The notes beneath the pieces were generated by a model, which saw nothing but the letters and a program-made list of their open reading frames with translations, searched no databases and was not told where the DNA came from. Position numbers and translations under genes: made by a program. This document shows, in pieces, positions 24,858 through 38,244 of a DNA stretch of 64,000 bases (its first letter is position 1; each line of letters opens with the position of its first letter). Source of the DNA: Guillardia theta CCMP2712 (lineage: Eukaryota > Protista > Cryptophyta); the NCBI RefSeq assembly GCF_000315625.1, contig NW_005434578.1, positions 1 to 64,000 on the forward strand, written 5' to 3'.

Positions 24858-27341
24858 TCAAGCATCAGTCACGCATCCTTCGGACGCAGTCGACACCGCC
24901 TTGATGTACTTGTACAGAGTCCCTTGGGTGGCCTTGAGAGGAGGAGCTTTCCATTCCGCCTTCCTCTTCGCCATCTCCTCGTCGCTCACCAGTACGTTCA
25001 GCGTCCTCACGCTCGACCTCGCGTCGATCTGGATCGGGTCGCCATTGCGGATCAGGGCGATCGGCCCGCCAACCTGGGCCTCGGGGGTCACGTGACCGAT
25101 GCAGAACCCGTGGGTTCCTCCGGAGAACCTCCCGTCAGTGATCAGAGCCACGTCGTTCCCTAACCCGGCCCCCATGATCGCCGACGTCGGCGTCAACATC
25201 TCTGGCATTCCAGGGCCTCCCTTGGGGCCCTCGTAGCGGATCACCACAACCATCCCTGCCTTGATCTCCTTGCGGTCCAACGCTGCGAGCATGTCCTCCT
25301 CAGAGTCGAACACAGCAGCAGTTCCAGAGAAAGTCTCTCCTTCCTTGCCCGTGATCTTGGCCACGGAGCCCTCGGGAGCGACGTTACCGTAGAGGATCTG
25401 CAAGTGCCCGGTCTTCTTGATCGGGGCCTCGACCGGCAGGATGATCTTCTGACCGTCAGTGAGCCCGGGGAGGCTCTCGAGGTTCTCGCGGATCGTCTTG
25501 CCGGTGACGGTCATCTGGCTGTCATCGAAGAGATTCTTGTCCACGAGGTACTTCATCACTGCAGGCGTCCCTCCGATGTTCTGGATGTCCTCCATCACGT
25601 ACTTGCCCGAGGGCTTCATGTCGGCGAGCATGGGCACTCTGTCGCTGACGCGCTGGAAGTCGTCGACAGTGAGCTTGATGCCGACAGATCGCGCCATGGC
25701 GATGAGATGGAGCACAGCGTTGGTGCTGCCGCCCGTCGCCATGACCATGACCATGGCGTTCTCGAAGGCCTCCCTGGTCATGATATCGCGCGGTTTCAGG
25801 TCCATTTCGAGCAGCTTCATCATGGCCTTGCCGGAGTTGTAGCACTCCATCTTCTTCTCCTTGGAGTCAGCTGGGTAAGAGCTGGAGTAGGGGAGCGACA
25901 TTCCGAGGGCCTCGATCGAGGTCGCCATGGTGTTGGCAGTGTACATGCCACCGCAAGCACCTGGGACAAGCTCTCAGACACGTGCTCGAGCCAGCGGAAA
26001 TCTTGTACCAGGTCCAGGGCAACTCTTCTGCACAATGGTCTGTCTCTGTTCCTCAGTGATCTTTCCATACTGTCCAAAGATTGGTCAACAACAAAAAACA
26101 ACGAAAAAAGTTGAAGATCGCATCACACCTGGAACTCTCCATAAGACTGGAAAGCTGAAACGATGTCGAGCTGCACAAAAGCAATCAGCGTCTATCTCTC
26201 TCATTCAATCTGCAGCTCTACCACTGGCCTATCGATCTCCGGGGCGCTTCCTGCCCTGATAGTTCCACCATAGATCTGAGAGTTCACAATGAGCTTGGAG
26301 GAATCTTGTAGCGGGAACACTTACCATGATGGATGGGCGGTTGTGGCGCGCCATGGCGATAATGGTTCCTGAAGAGTGTGAGCTCTCTGAAAAGCTACTT
26401 GCAATTTTCACCTGGCATGTTCTTGTCACAGCCGGGAAGTGCGATGTTGCCGTCGTACCACTGTCCACAGACAACCTATCGATAACCAGAGTTTCAGCTA
26501 AGGGTCGAGAAAACGAGAGGAGCGCCAGTGAGAGAGAGAAGAGAGGAGCATGCAGAGGAGGATGAAGAAAGGCGAAGAAAGGTGAACAAGGGCCAGTACA
26601 GATACGAAGCAAGCTCACAGTCTCAATGGAGTCCGCAATGATGTCTCGTGACTGAAGCGAGTATGACATGCCGTCGGTTCCCATCGAGATACCGTCGGAC
26701 ACTCCGATGGTGTTGAAGCGGTAGCCAACCATGCCAGCTGCCTGCAGGATATGACAGATAAGAGGAGAGGTAGGGCATCAGGCAAGAGTTGTACCTCAAC
26801 TCCCTTCTTGACCTCTCCCGCAAGGTCGAGGAGGTGCATATTGCAAGGATTTCCCTCATACCAAACACTTGAAATACCCACCTGCAGCAAGATTAGGTGT
26901 GATCTTACTTCTACCACAGCAGAGTGTCATTACCTGAGCTTTGTTCATGTCCTCCGGCTTCAGACCGGTAGCATACAACATCGCCTATCCGAATACGGTC
27001 ACAGGTCGCATTTCTCAGATCACCCATGGGAAGCGCATGTCGAGGAATTGAGGTCAAGCAGCTGAATGGAGAGGATTATGCATGCCGTGCTTCACCTGCG
27101 ACGCTCCTTGTGACTTCTTCTGCGTCAGGGTCCTGCTGTACTTGTTGATCTGCATAGACAGGCCCGCGGCGCTGACCCTAGCCCTTCCCCTGGCTCCGAG
27201 GGCTCTTGGAAGCACGGAGGGCGATGAGAAGGAAGAGGAGGTCTGAGATGCTTGCGAGACGAAAGCATTTCCCGTGTGTCCGGGCATGAAGGCGAGACTT
27301 CCGGCGCTCATGGCGCTTAGCACCGCCGCCACCAGCAGCAT
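24858..27341 (-). CDS. ilvD: Dihydroxy-acid dehydratase, plastid-targeted
   Basis: [90 protein letters not shown]. The N-terminus [20 protein letters not shown] is a signal peptide + AF motif. Confidence 0.97.
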
Positions 27342-28360
27342 TGTCCACTGCACGAGAGACCCCCACCCCCCGCATTATACTTCAATCGCTCGATCTCACC
27401 ACCCCTTGAATTCCATATATACCCACCCAGGTACAATTTGTACCCCCTTACTTATCGAAAAATAAATATTCAAATAGGGGTACGTTTGGAAATGCAAGTG
27501 ATGCCTACCCTACTTTTTATTGCACCACCCCCTATTTCAAACTCTTTTCGAGTACCCCTACCCCACCCGCCCTCAAAGACTGGAGGCCACAACTCGCAAG
27601 ATTGCGATCCGACTCACCTCCCCCACCCCCTCATTACGTCCACCACACGTAAAACAACTACCCTACCCTAGATTATAGGTACCCCAATGTTTCTTCGAGT
27701 ACCCATTAAAGCATATGATCTTTCCTATGTCACTACCCCAGTTTTGAATTCAGACCCCCATCTTCTAAAGCAGAACCCCACAAAGTTATGTTCCACCCTG
27801 TCCAAAATGCCACCGTCCCCTCGACTCTACTGAAAAATCCCTAGCATAAAAGGGGGTAGGGGTACAACCTTTGTTCCAGCCCGCCTCAATTCCAACTGTA
27901 AACCCCCGGCTGCCTGGACTCTCGGGAGGGCAGGGCCCGGCCCGGGCTTGAGTGATGCCTAGGAGAGAGCGCTTGCCATGGCTCGCGACTTGTTGCTAAC
28001 TCAGAGGGAGGAGGAGGGAGGGAGGGAGGGAGGGAGGGAGCGAGGGAGGGAGGGAGGGAGGAGGAGGAGGAGGAGGAGGAGGCCGGCGCCGGGCGGGATG
28101 ACTGACTCAGTAGTGGCTCGGACTCGCCGTGGGTTGGAGGGAGACTTAGCCTGAGTCACTTGAGCCTGAGGGCGGTCACCGTGGCAATGCACCGTCACTG
28201 CACTGACCCGGCATGGCCATGGCCATGATCAGAGACCTGAGTTAGGAGGATTTCAAGGAACTGGCACCGGGGGAGAGGAAGGAACTTGGAACATGCCAGT
28301 AAGTGCTGCTGCATGAACATCTCATGACCTTGGAATGTTGTTGGCAGAGACGAGGGTCAC

Positions 28361-30068
28361 ATGGCGGCGTTGGAGGCAGACGACTCTTTCCTCTCCGTCA
28401 TGTCAGATCGCTCCCCGGACCCGGACTTCTCAGCCTTGGTAGTCAAGTTGGGGATCATCCTGCAGTCGGGAGGGAGGCTGGAGAGAGTCCTACCGGGCAG
28501 CCCGGCACACCTGGCAGGGATAGAGAGGGGGGACGAGATGGTGGCGGTGAACGGGAGGGAGTTCGACGAGGAAGTGCTCATGGAGCTGCTGGCCGACGCC
28601 TTCCAGGTCAGCAGCGACACCAACACCATGACAGTGACGATCAGGAGGAAGGGGGACCCCCCGGGTATCGTGAGGGAGGTGGTCCTTACCCTTGGAGGGC
28701 AGCCCTGCTCCGCGCACATGCGGAGATGCTTCGAGCTCTTGGCAAACCTCAAGTTCCTGGTGCGTTCGATGCTCTCCTGACCTTGCTGAAAGGTGAGAGA
28801 GGATACAGGAGCAGGAGGAGGAGCAGGAGGTTGGCTCGGGGAGGACGGCGAGTCTCCTGGACGATATGTTCGATGCCTTTGAAGCTTTCTGCCTCGAGAA
28901 CTTCGAGCACATCCATAGCTTGAGGAAGAAGCTGCTGCAGGAAAGACACTCGGTCCCTGTTTGCTCTGCTCTGCTCTGCTCTGCGACTGCTCTGTTCGTT
29001 CTTGTTTACATTCCTCTCTCCTCCCTACTGTCATGTTCAAAGTCCTCTTGTCCCTTCTTCAGCCCGTCCTTCTCCTTCGCTCTCCCTCTCCGATCTCATG
29101 GATTGACGTTGCAGGCTGGCGTGAAGCGGAGGAGGAGGACTGAAGAGCTAAGGCATGCCAGCAGTGAGCTGAAGAGGCAGGACTCCCAACAACTCTCTTC
29201 CTCCCTCTCAAAGGCGAACGTGGTGAGGAAAGAGACGGATGGGCAAGGCAAGCAGCAAGACTGCCTCCTCCTCCGAGTACCTGTGGACGTCGAGGATGCA
29301 TCTGTGACCCTGCGTATTCCTGTCTCTTTGTCTCCTACCCTCTGCGAGCGAAAAGATGGAAGGAGGGCGGAAGAGAAGGAAACGAGCGAAGACAAGAAGG
29401 AAACAAGATCGAAGGATGGAGAACAGGAGGAGCAAGACAGGCAGAAAGGAGATCATGTGAGAGATCAGCACGGTTGGACCAGCCAAGCTCTGGAGGAGAA
29501 GGAGGGGAGGGGGCGTCGGCAGCTGTTGGAGATGGGGAGAGAGCTGATGGAGGAGGTTGGAAGGATCCAAAGGGCTCTGAACGATCTGACGTCTGAGATC
29601 ATCTTGCATGATGAGAAGCAACATCGACAAGTCCAGCAGGTGCTGAGCTGTGGGTACTTGCTGTGGTGTTTGAGTTCCAGTTGGTGAATAGCTGAGGGAA
29701 GAGTTGAGCGATGCACGGCGAAGCGTCGATGCGTTGAGCGCAGGTGAATGTGGGATGGCAGTGGTGGTTTTGAAGATGACGACGATGACCATGACCATGA
29801 TGATGATGACAATGAGGATGAGGATAATGACGATATTGATGATGACGACGACGATGACGATGATGACGATGACGATGACAATGAGGATGAGGATGATGAC
29901 GATATTGATGATGACGACGACGATGACGATGATGACGATGACGATGACAATGAGGATGAGGATAATGACGATATTGATGATGACGACGACGATGACGATG
30001 ATGACGATGACGATGACAATGAGGATGAGGATAATGACGATATTGATGATGACGACGACGATGACGAT

Positions 30069-30110
<42 letters not shown>

Positions 30111-30310
30111 ATTCACCGTCAAGCATGAGAGAGAAAAAGTGACAGCTTTGGTCGACAGAGAAAGCAAGGTTGCAGGAGCGCATAGCAGCTATGGAGTTGA
30201 AGATAAGGGACAACTTAGAGGAGGTGGTTGTTCCCGCAGATCCTCCACGCACGTGACTCTTGATGTCAGATCAGCAGACAGAACTTCTACGGCCTTGCCA
30301 CCATCTCAAT
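28361..30310 (+). CDS. PDZ-domain plus coiled-coil protein (multi-exon; 3' end approximate)
   Basis: KLGIIL...ERVLPGSPAHLAGIERGDEMVAVNG...MTVTIRR is a PDZ domain; downstream charged helical exons. Confidence 0.7.
29775..30110. repeat. Compound GAT/GAC repeat with 69-bp higher-order period (likely intronic)
   Basis: gacaatgaggatgagga recurs at 29808, 29877, 29946 and 30015. Confidence 0.85.
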
Positions 30311-30679
30311 AGGAGATTCCTACCTGATATGAAGCAGAGCGGAGGGGGGAGGAGGGAGGGGATGAGAGAGGAAAGGAGGAGAGAGGAAGGGAGAGGAGAA
30401 GAAGGGACGGGAAAAGAGGGGAGGGAACGAGAAGTGGGGGGGGGGGGGGGGGCTGGGGAGGAGGAGGGGAGTGCGAAAGGAGGGGAGATGGAAGAGGGTA
30501 GCAGAGGAGCTGAGGGTGGACGAGTATGAACTTGTCCTGTTCTTGAGTTGACTCTCGAGCATTCGATATCCCTTCTCGCTGCCATTTATTCTCCCTCCTC
30601 TCTCTCCAACAACCTTCCTTCACCATCGTCCACCCTTCCCTCCCTCCGCTCCGCTCCCACAAACATCAAAGCAGACATT

Positions 30680-30915
30680 TCAAAGTACATTCAATCCGTC
30701 CTCCCACAACTCCTCGTTGAAGAACTTGCATCGCAATCATACAGCAAAAGGATTGTACGCCTGTATCAACCATTCAGTATCGACTTCTCAACGCCTCCAC
30801 TCGCTCACCATCTTCATCTGCCTCATGTACTCATGATCCACAGGCACATCCTTCAGCTTGTAGACCTGTTGATACGTCAAGTCCGAATCGGTATCATCAA
30901 CATAAATGTCATTCG

Positions 30916-30998
<83 letters not shown>

Positions 30999-33150
30999 AT
31001 ATCCTCATCCTCATCATCTTCTTTTCTGCCAGTGCGTTCGGTTCTCACCTTCCCCGTCACTTCGCTCTGGCAAACAATTTCTTCCATGACGTCGCCTGAC
31101 GCGGCGAGCTGGAGAGCAAAAAGTCAAAATGGCCCGCGGAATAGACAGGATGAAGACAGGAAAAACCAGAGAAAGAAGTGAAGGGAGGATGAGAAGAAAG
31201 TGGGGAGCGAGATATAGAAAGAGGGAGGGAGGGGAGGGGGCATCTACCTCCGTCGTTGTCTCCAAGTACAGCAAATCTTCATTGCACAGCTTCTCCGAGC
31301 TCAACTACAATTGAGCAAGTCAGAATTGATTAGAGTCCTTTAGTCCTCTGTTTCTGTACCCTACTGTTCTCTTTTCCCTCCCTCCCTCCCTCCCTTTCCT
31401 TCCTCCCTCCCTCCCTTTCCTTCCTCCCTCCCTCCTACCGTTAGCTCGTAGACTCCCTCATCGACTTCGTTGACAACCAAGTCGAACGGACTCCCTTGCT
31501 CCCCCAGATAAACATCAGTGTCCTCGAAGAACTTGCGATACGCCTCGTCAGCTCGCAGACACTGAAAGCTGATGGCTGATCGTCTGGTCGTGTCGTCAGA
31601 GGGTGGCGGAAAGAAGGAGCAAGATGGGAGGCAGTGCGGAGCGGGGCGGGAAGGAGGGGGGAGGAGAGAAGTGTGTGAGGGGGGGAGAGAATAGGAGAGG
31701 AGAGGGGAGAGGAAAGCATAGCAGAGGGGAAATGAAGTGGAGAGGAGAAGAGAAGGGAGCAGAGCAGAAGGGAGACGAGGGGAAGGCAACAAGGACTCGC
31801 CTTGGTCTCTTCCTGCTGAATGTTCCTCTGACGTAACTCCAGTACGTGAAGGGCAGAAATCCCAGCAGCCTCCTCCTCTTCCACTCTGCTGTGTACCAGT
31901 TCAAGTAGGGCTGCTGGGCAGGCTCGCCTCCGTCGTACACTGAGAGAAGGTAAGCAGAGAAGAGCAGGGGAGGGGAGACAAGAGGAAACAGGAGGGGATA
32001 GGAGGGAGAGAAGAAAGAGCATTGGCTGGGGAGCCAGCAGCAGGAAAGTGCAATGAGAGGAGGGAAGGGATGCCATGAAGAGGAGCGGAAGGGAGCGGCG
32101 CGGAGCAACATGCCTGTTATGAGTGAGGTGATCCAGGCTGGCCCATCGTTCTCGACGCTCTCGACATCGAACAACCTCTCAGGGGTTGTGTGCACCTCGA
32201 AGGGCGTGGAGGAGTTGTAGAGCCCGACAATCCTCTCCTGCTCCACCTTCTTGCTGTGCGGGTTGATTCGCATCTGCTTCACATGCGACTTGTAGCAGAA
32301 TTCGTACGTCCAGTAGGACTCTACGCGGTAGAAGCACTTCCCTTCCAGCGATCTGAGCAGAACCAGAGGCAACCGCTCAGACATGGCAGGAGAGGGAAAG
32401 GAGGAGGGGGCAGAGGAGAGAGATGCGAAGATCGGAGGGAGGGCAAGGGAGAAAGCTGTACGGAAACAGAGAGGGGAAGGGGCAAGGAGGAGGTGGTGGG
32501 GCACCTGAGGACCTCTTCAGCTTTCTCCTTCTTGATCACATGCACCACAGGCATCTGAGGAATGTCCAGCCACGTGGGTCGCGCGGGCTTCTTCCTCTTG
32601 GGAACCAGGCAGTGTAGCCCCTCCCCCTTTTCCGTCGTCACGTAGACTATCCTGTCCATTGCGGTGGGATCCTTGGGGACCACGGTGCCGTTGGGGAAGG
32701 AGTAGACTCCCTGAGCGTTTCTTCGAGCTCGGATAACGTAGGTTTCACCGTTCTGCCAGCAGAGTTCATCCTACTCGCCTCAGGAGATGGGCTCAGGGGA
32801 CTGCAAGGGAGGGGGGTGAGGGGGGGGGGGAGGGTCGTCGAGGAAGGAGGGCGTGCCACTCACCTCGTCCTCCCATGCGCCATAGTCTTCGGTAACTCTT
32901 GTCCTGTAGCTGGGAGGAAAAGGATCGTCCTCGTGGAAGTGCAAGTAGGGGTTCTTGACCTCCCTACTCTCCTCCGTCACCTTGACTTGACTCTCGTTCT
33001 TTTCGGCGCTTTTGATCCGAACAATGCTGATGACGAGGGCAGCGCGACCAGAAGCAGAGCTAGAGGAAGAAGAAGAGCAGGAGGGAGAGGACACGCTCTT
33101 CTCCTCCTCCTCGCCCCTCCCGCCCGCATCCTCCTCCCTTCTCCAGGCAT
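30680..33150 (-). CDS. OS-9/Yos9/ERLEC1-like ER lectin (MRH/PRKCSH domain); 3' end approximate
   Basis: LRSLEGKCFYRVESYWTYEFCYKSHVKQ, SVYDGGE, RRSAISFQC, VNEVDEGVYELTV, upstream GEGLHCLVP. Signal-peptide-like LLLPLALLLVALPSSSA. Confidence 0.8.
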
Positions 33151-34611
33151 GCGCGGCCGCCTGAGATGCGATCAGAAGAAGGGTATGAGGGGGGAAGAGG
33201 CATGAGCCCAAGGAAAACTCGGGCCGGGGCTAGTCACAGAGTCACGGTGCCCGGTAGCCTGACAGTAGCCCGTATGCGTCCCGCAGGCCCGTACGAGAAT
33301 TTTTCAGGGTCGGCCCTCACTGCAGGCGTTTTCAATCCGTGGGCCGCCCCTACCACCCGAGCCTCGGACTCCCGGGCCGTGAACTTCTGAAGTTTCTACT
33401 GGGTAACGCCCTCAGTTTGGCGAGGCGGCGAGTCAGTTCACTCACAGCGCGGCACCTGCAAATAAAGTTCCGTGTCACGGTTGCCGAGTTTTAATCAGCG
33501 GATGGCCGGTTCAATGTGACTCTCTAGGCAGGTGCAAACTCTATGATCAGATGCCAGGGTAATGTACACTATCAGTATGACCGTCTGAGGGGCGTTGAAG
33601 TTCTTATCTCTCACTGGCGCTCCTCATCCCCGTCGCTGGCGGAGATATACCATGCAATCCCTTTCGCTGCTTCTGTTCTGCACGCTCTGCTTTCTTGAAT
33701 CGAGACTCGCGCTCATACCGTGACGGCCAGCGGGCGATCAGACGCCCAGCCGCCGGCATGCGCTCTTGAAGGCACTGAGTCAGCGACAAGCCCTTGGAGC
33801 AGTCAGGCGTCAGAGGGCGATACTATCATAAGGGAGGGATCATCAGCAGCCTTGGTTTGCGGGAGGTGGAACAGGTTCTTGAGGTTGGTGTGCTGGAGTC
33901 TCACGCCTTGTCCTCCTTTGAACATGATCATTCGACCGCCTTGAAGAGCTTTCCTTCTCGGGAGGACGCGAACTGATGTGCTCATGGGAAGGTCAGGAGG
34001 GAGATGGGGAAGAGTGTGTGACGCCTGTTAGGGAAAGATTGGCTTCCTCTGCCTCACCAACAGTGAAGGGCGTATCGTCGTCCCCGGCCAGCTCAGCGGC
34101 TGGGCCGAGATCGGAAAACGGTGAACGGTCACCCGTGAGCAGTGAGGTTCGGCGGCAACTTGACGCGCCGGGCCGCGCGGCTGACAATCGACTAACGGTA
34201 AGCAGCTCGCCACTGTGCCACTGTCTCGGACCATCAGTTGGTGTCATCAGTTGCCGCCAACGGACGGCAGCCTAGTGCCACGGAGTGAGACTCCCGAGTC
34301 CCGAGTCCGATCATCGGATCCGATGAACGCTGAGGCCTCAGCGTCGCCGGTGTCACCGGCCGGGCCCGGCCCGGCTCGGGAGTTTACTCTTTTGCCACGC
34401 CGTCACTCATTTTTCAGCCTCGAGTCCGGGGCCTTATTCCAGCCTAGCCACCGCCCTCAGGGACGGAGGCTACGGTGGAATGCCGAGCCCCCGACTCGGA
34501 ATACCGTGACGGCCGGGTGCGGCGCCACCGGCCCGGATCATCCGATCGCCCTCCCGGGACTGGCAACCGTACGCCGCAGAGTTGGACCTTGCCCGAGCTC
34601 CGAGTCAAGGT

Positions 34612-36388
34612 TCACACACGGACGTTGAAACATGCTTTGTAAGCGGACTCAGGCTGGCGAAGGCCCTGTTAAAGTAAATGATCAATGATGACAGTGAACG
34701 CCAGAGCTGGCCGCAGTACCTTGCCCTCGTCAACGTTGCTGAGCTCCTCGAGATCTTCAGGGGTCAGGATCACGTTCACAGCGCCGGCATTTTCCTGCCA
34801 AGAGGGAGGAGGGAGGAGGGAGGAGGGAGGAGGGAGGAGGGAGGAGGGAGGAGGGAGGAGGGAGGAGGGAGGAGGGAGGAGGGAGGAGTCAGCCGAGATC
34901 AGCGCGTGCCTCTCACACTCGCCTCCATCCGCTCTGGTGATTTGGTGCCAGGGATTGGGAAAACATCTGGAGCGAACGAAAGAAAGGATTTCAACGGTCA
35001 CTGTGACGCACACTGCAGCTCACGCACTCACCATTCCCCTGGTTCAGGAGCCAGGCAAGAGCAACTTGGGCAGGGGTGCAGCCCTTTCGGTCGGCAACAG
35101 CCTAGGTGGGATGAGCAAGAACAGGTGCTGAAAGTCACGATCACCTTGATCTTGAGTGCATTCTGATAGTTGGCATCGAAGTTTTCTGGGCTCGGAGGCA
35201 TCAGCAACGCGGCCCAGGGAAGGAGGTCTTATGGATACCCTCGTTAAATCTTGGGTTGAATCTCCGCATATCAGTGGCTTGGATGTCATCTCTCGACTGA
35301 AAACCATGTTCAGCAGTACAAACAAGCTTGGCCTGCTTCTCGACCTTGAATTTCTGTGAGAGCATCCCTCTGCCTAGAGGCGAGTATGGCACGATGGCCA
35401 CTCCGAGCTCTCGAGCTGTCGGCACAATCTCCGCCTCGATATCACGCGTCTGCAGCGACCACTCCATCTGCGCACAGGCTCAGATGTTCACTAGACTGCG
35501 GGCTGCTTGCCTGGATTGCTGTGATTGGCTGCACGGCATGAGCTGCTCTAAGTTCCGCGGCGGTGCACTCGGACAAGCCGACGTACTTGACCTTTCCTTC
35601 GGCGATGAGCTTCTTGACTTCTTCCATCGTCTCCTCGATGGAGGTGGTTGAGTCCATCCGATGCTGCAAACGACAGCTTTAGTTATGGGCAGAGCCGAGC
35701 ATGAGAGCTCCACGAGAAATCATTCAGATCTTTATCTTTCTAGCAACCAGCACTAATTGCTGCGTATCGGGCATCACCGGAAGTCTTACCATGTAGTAGA
35801 GATCGATGTAGTTTGTCCCAAGGCGCCTTAGACTGTCTTCGCAATGTCTACGAACTTCAAGAAGGGGTCATACGTTTCGGAAAGCAGAATCAACCAAGGC
35901 AAGACAGGACAACGCCAAGTAAGTATTTCTCTCTGGAAAGCGGATACTACCATGTTCAGGTCTTCCCATGTGTGGAACTGGCGTCATATCTGCTGCAAAC
36001 TCTACACCGAACTTGGTGGCGATGATGAATTTTTCTCTGGATCGCATTCAGAGTGAGGATCACGTACCCGCTTACATGTTGTGCTACCTTCCATGCTTCT
36101 TGATGGCTTTTCCAACCAACTCTTCATTCGTCTTCCCAGATACCTTATTCTGGTATATCCATGCAGTGTCCTGAGAACAATGAGTGAACTTTCGTTCCAC
36201 ATTCACAGACGAAGCTCTACCAGGAAGTTGATACCAAGTTCCAGGGCTTTGTCGATGGTCTTGAGCGACAACTGTTCTTGCGCTTCGTCCTGAGCAGCAT
36301 CGTAGAATGCCGTCATGCCCATGCACCCCAACCCCATAGGAGGAGCCATGAGCCCTTGCGACCCAAGCCTTCTGGCCTTCATCGGCAT
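34612..36388 (-). CDS. Aldo-keto reductase (AKR13/auxin-induced-protein-like)
   Basis: [21 protein letters not shown]|[36 protein letters not shown]|[42 protein letters not shown]. Confidence 0.95.
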
Positions 36389-36922
36389 GGTTGCCAACCG
36401 GTTCTTGTTGGCCACAGGCGAGGGTCGCAATCGCATAAAGGTTGGTCGGGGTGGTGGGTGGGGTAGTGTATTTACAGGGGTAGTAAACAGAGAAAAGAGG
36501 GGTGAGAAAGGAGTCGGGGGGGCGGGATTCTTACACATGGTAGGGTAGTGGACTGGTGGAGTAGTCTCTACAAGGCTCCTGGTGAACGAAAGGCGAAGCC
36601 GTGACCTCAACCTAGATCATCCAATCTTGTTTTCCCACAAGGGGAGCCACATTTCTTCTTTTTGCCTACATTTTTTAATAATTTCAAAATTTTCTAGTAA
36701 TAAATAGATTTATACTACTCAATATTTTCAGGGTCCGTTGAATTCATGGAATCTTCATGCGTTTCAGTTGGAGGAGTAGTGAAGTGAGGAGTTTCAATGG
36801 CGGGAGAGCTTCAAAAATGGAGGGAGTGGAGGAGAGACCGGGAGAAGGAGGAGAAGCAGGAGCAGCAGGAGAAGCAGGAGCAGCAGCAGGATGAGCGAGA
36901 GGGAGATGTTGCGAAGAAGGTT

Positions 36923-37552
36923 ATGGTGTTGTAAGGTGACGGGGAGGTGAGAACAGGCTCTGAGAGATCGTTCTGATGTTTGAGGTTTGAAGAAGAGGAT
37001 GAAAGCAAGGGACAAACGCACCTGAACCACTCTGTGCGAGCTCTGCATGACGATCATTGCAGCAGGCATGGGAGGTCATTGGCATGATTCGCGCGCTGGT
37101 ACACAAAACCAGGGAAACCACATCGGCGACAGGCCGTGCGTCCGACAGTCCAAGCTGTACCGCAAGTAGACGCCATGCTCCTCTGAACCAGCTCGTTGCT
37201 AACATTCCTGTAAGGTATGAGAGTGGAAATTCGATCAAGGACCTTCTCGGCCAGGGATCGTTGAAGTGGGATGAAAACAGGAAGCAAGGAGCGTACAGCG
37301 GCAAGGTCCATGGCGCACGGGCAGGAAGTGGGTCTGACAGGCATGCAGGTCTATGATCACAACAAGGCAGACCACTCCTTGGCAGCGAAGACACGCGAGC
37401 GAACAGTGCAAGACAACCAGGAGGCGATAAAGATGGCAGAGGAAGCTCAGAGGAGGATGCCTGCGTACCCCCTGGCCCCTCAGTACATGGAGGAGGAAGC
37501 GCCTGCGGTGCGGCTAGTCCCGTCCAACCCAAGGAGGTGTGCATGGACGTAG
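36923..37552 (+). CDS. Small protein, weakly SPIRAL1/Jupiter-like
   Basis: Spliced GTQNQGNHIGDRPCVRQSKLYR|YESGNSIKDLLG resembles the SPR1-type QN.GN...DRP motif; ends RRCAWT*. Start codon uncertain. Confidence 0.4.
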
Positions 37553-37954
37553 CTGTGGGCCGTTGAGTGACGTGAGAGGGAGCAGGGTCTCGAACAAGTT
37601 CTCCTTCATCAACGAGGGGATGGGTGACGACGGGAGCTTCGATCACGCTTTCGGGCGCACGACGGCCCCATCGTACTCGTCGCGTGCTGGAGAGTAGCTG
37701 AGCTGACGTGCTTGCAGGGTCCTCCAGACGCGGCCATGGTAGGTGTCTAGTCCTCGACGAGCAGGATGACTTGTCTTGATGCCCTTGGCGTGCTCTCGCG
37801 GGAGAGCTTTTCAACACACCCCAGTTTTTTTCAGCATCATGTACACTAAGCGAGTTACTTATGAGTTACAATCCCTTCTCAACTACACCGCTCTTTGGCC
37901 TCTGCCCCTCGCCGCTGCACCTCTTCCCTCAACTCCCGATCTCTTCCTCTCTCC

Positions 37955-38210
37955 TCAGTCAATCAGAAACCCAAAGAGGCTGAACTCGTCAATGTCACCC
38001 CGTTTCAAAACATCTTCCAGGAAGCGGCTGCTCGGTACCAGCACGAGTTTGCTCGGACAGACCTTCCCCTCGAGCTCCAGTGAAGCGAAGGCAACTGCGC
38101 CTCCCTTTTGCAGCAGCTGGATAAACCCTATCCATGCATCGGATTTGAATCCTGCCATTGACATCATCACCGCAGTCAATAACATCACCATCATCACCAT
38201 CACCACCACT

Positions 38211-38244
<34 letters not shown>

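Noticed and set aside
29208-30312. Long poly-D/H/S/M/IV ORFs in all frames (also 22361-22582, 30548-31181, 37776-38598)
   Set aside because: Stop-free by-products of trinucleotide microsatellites, most likely intronic.
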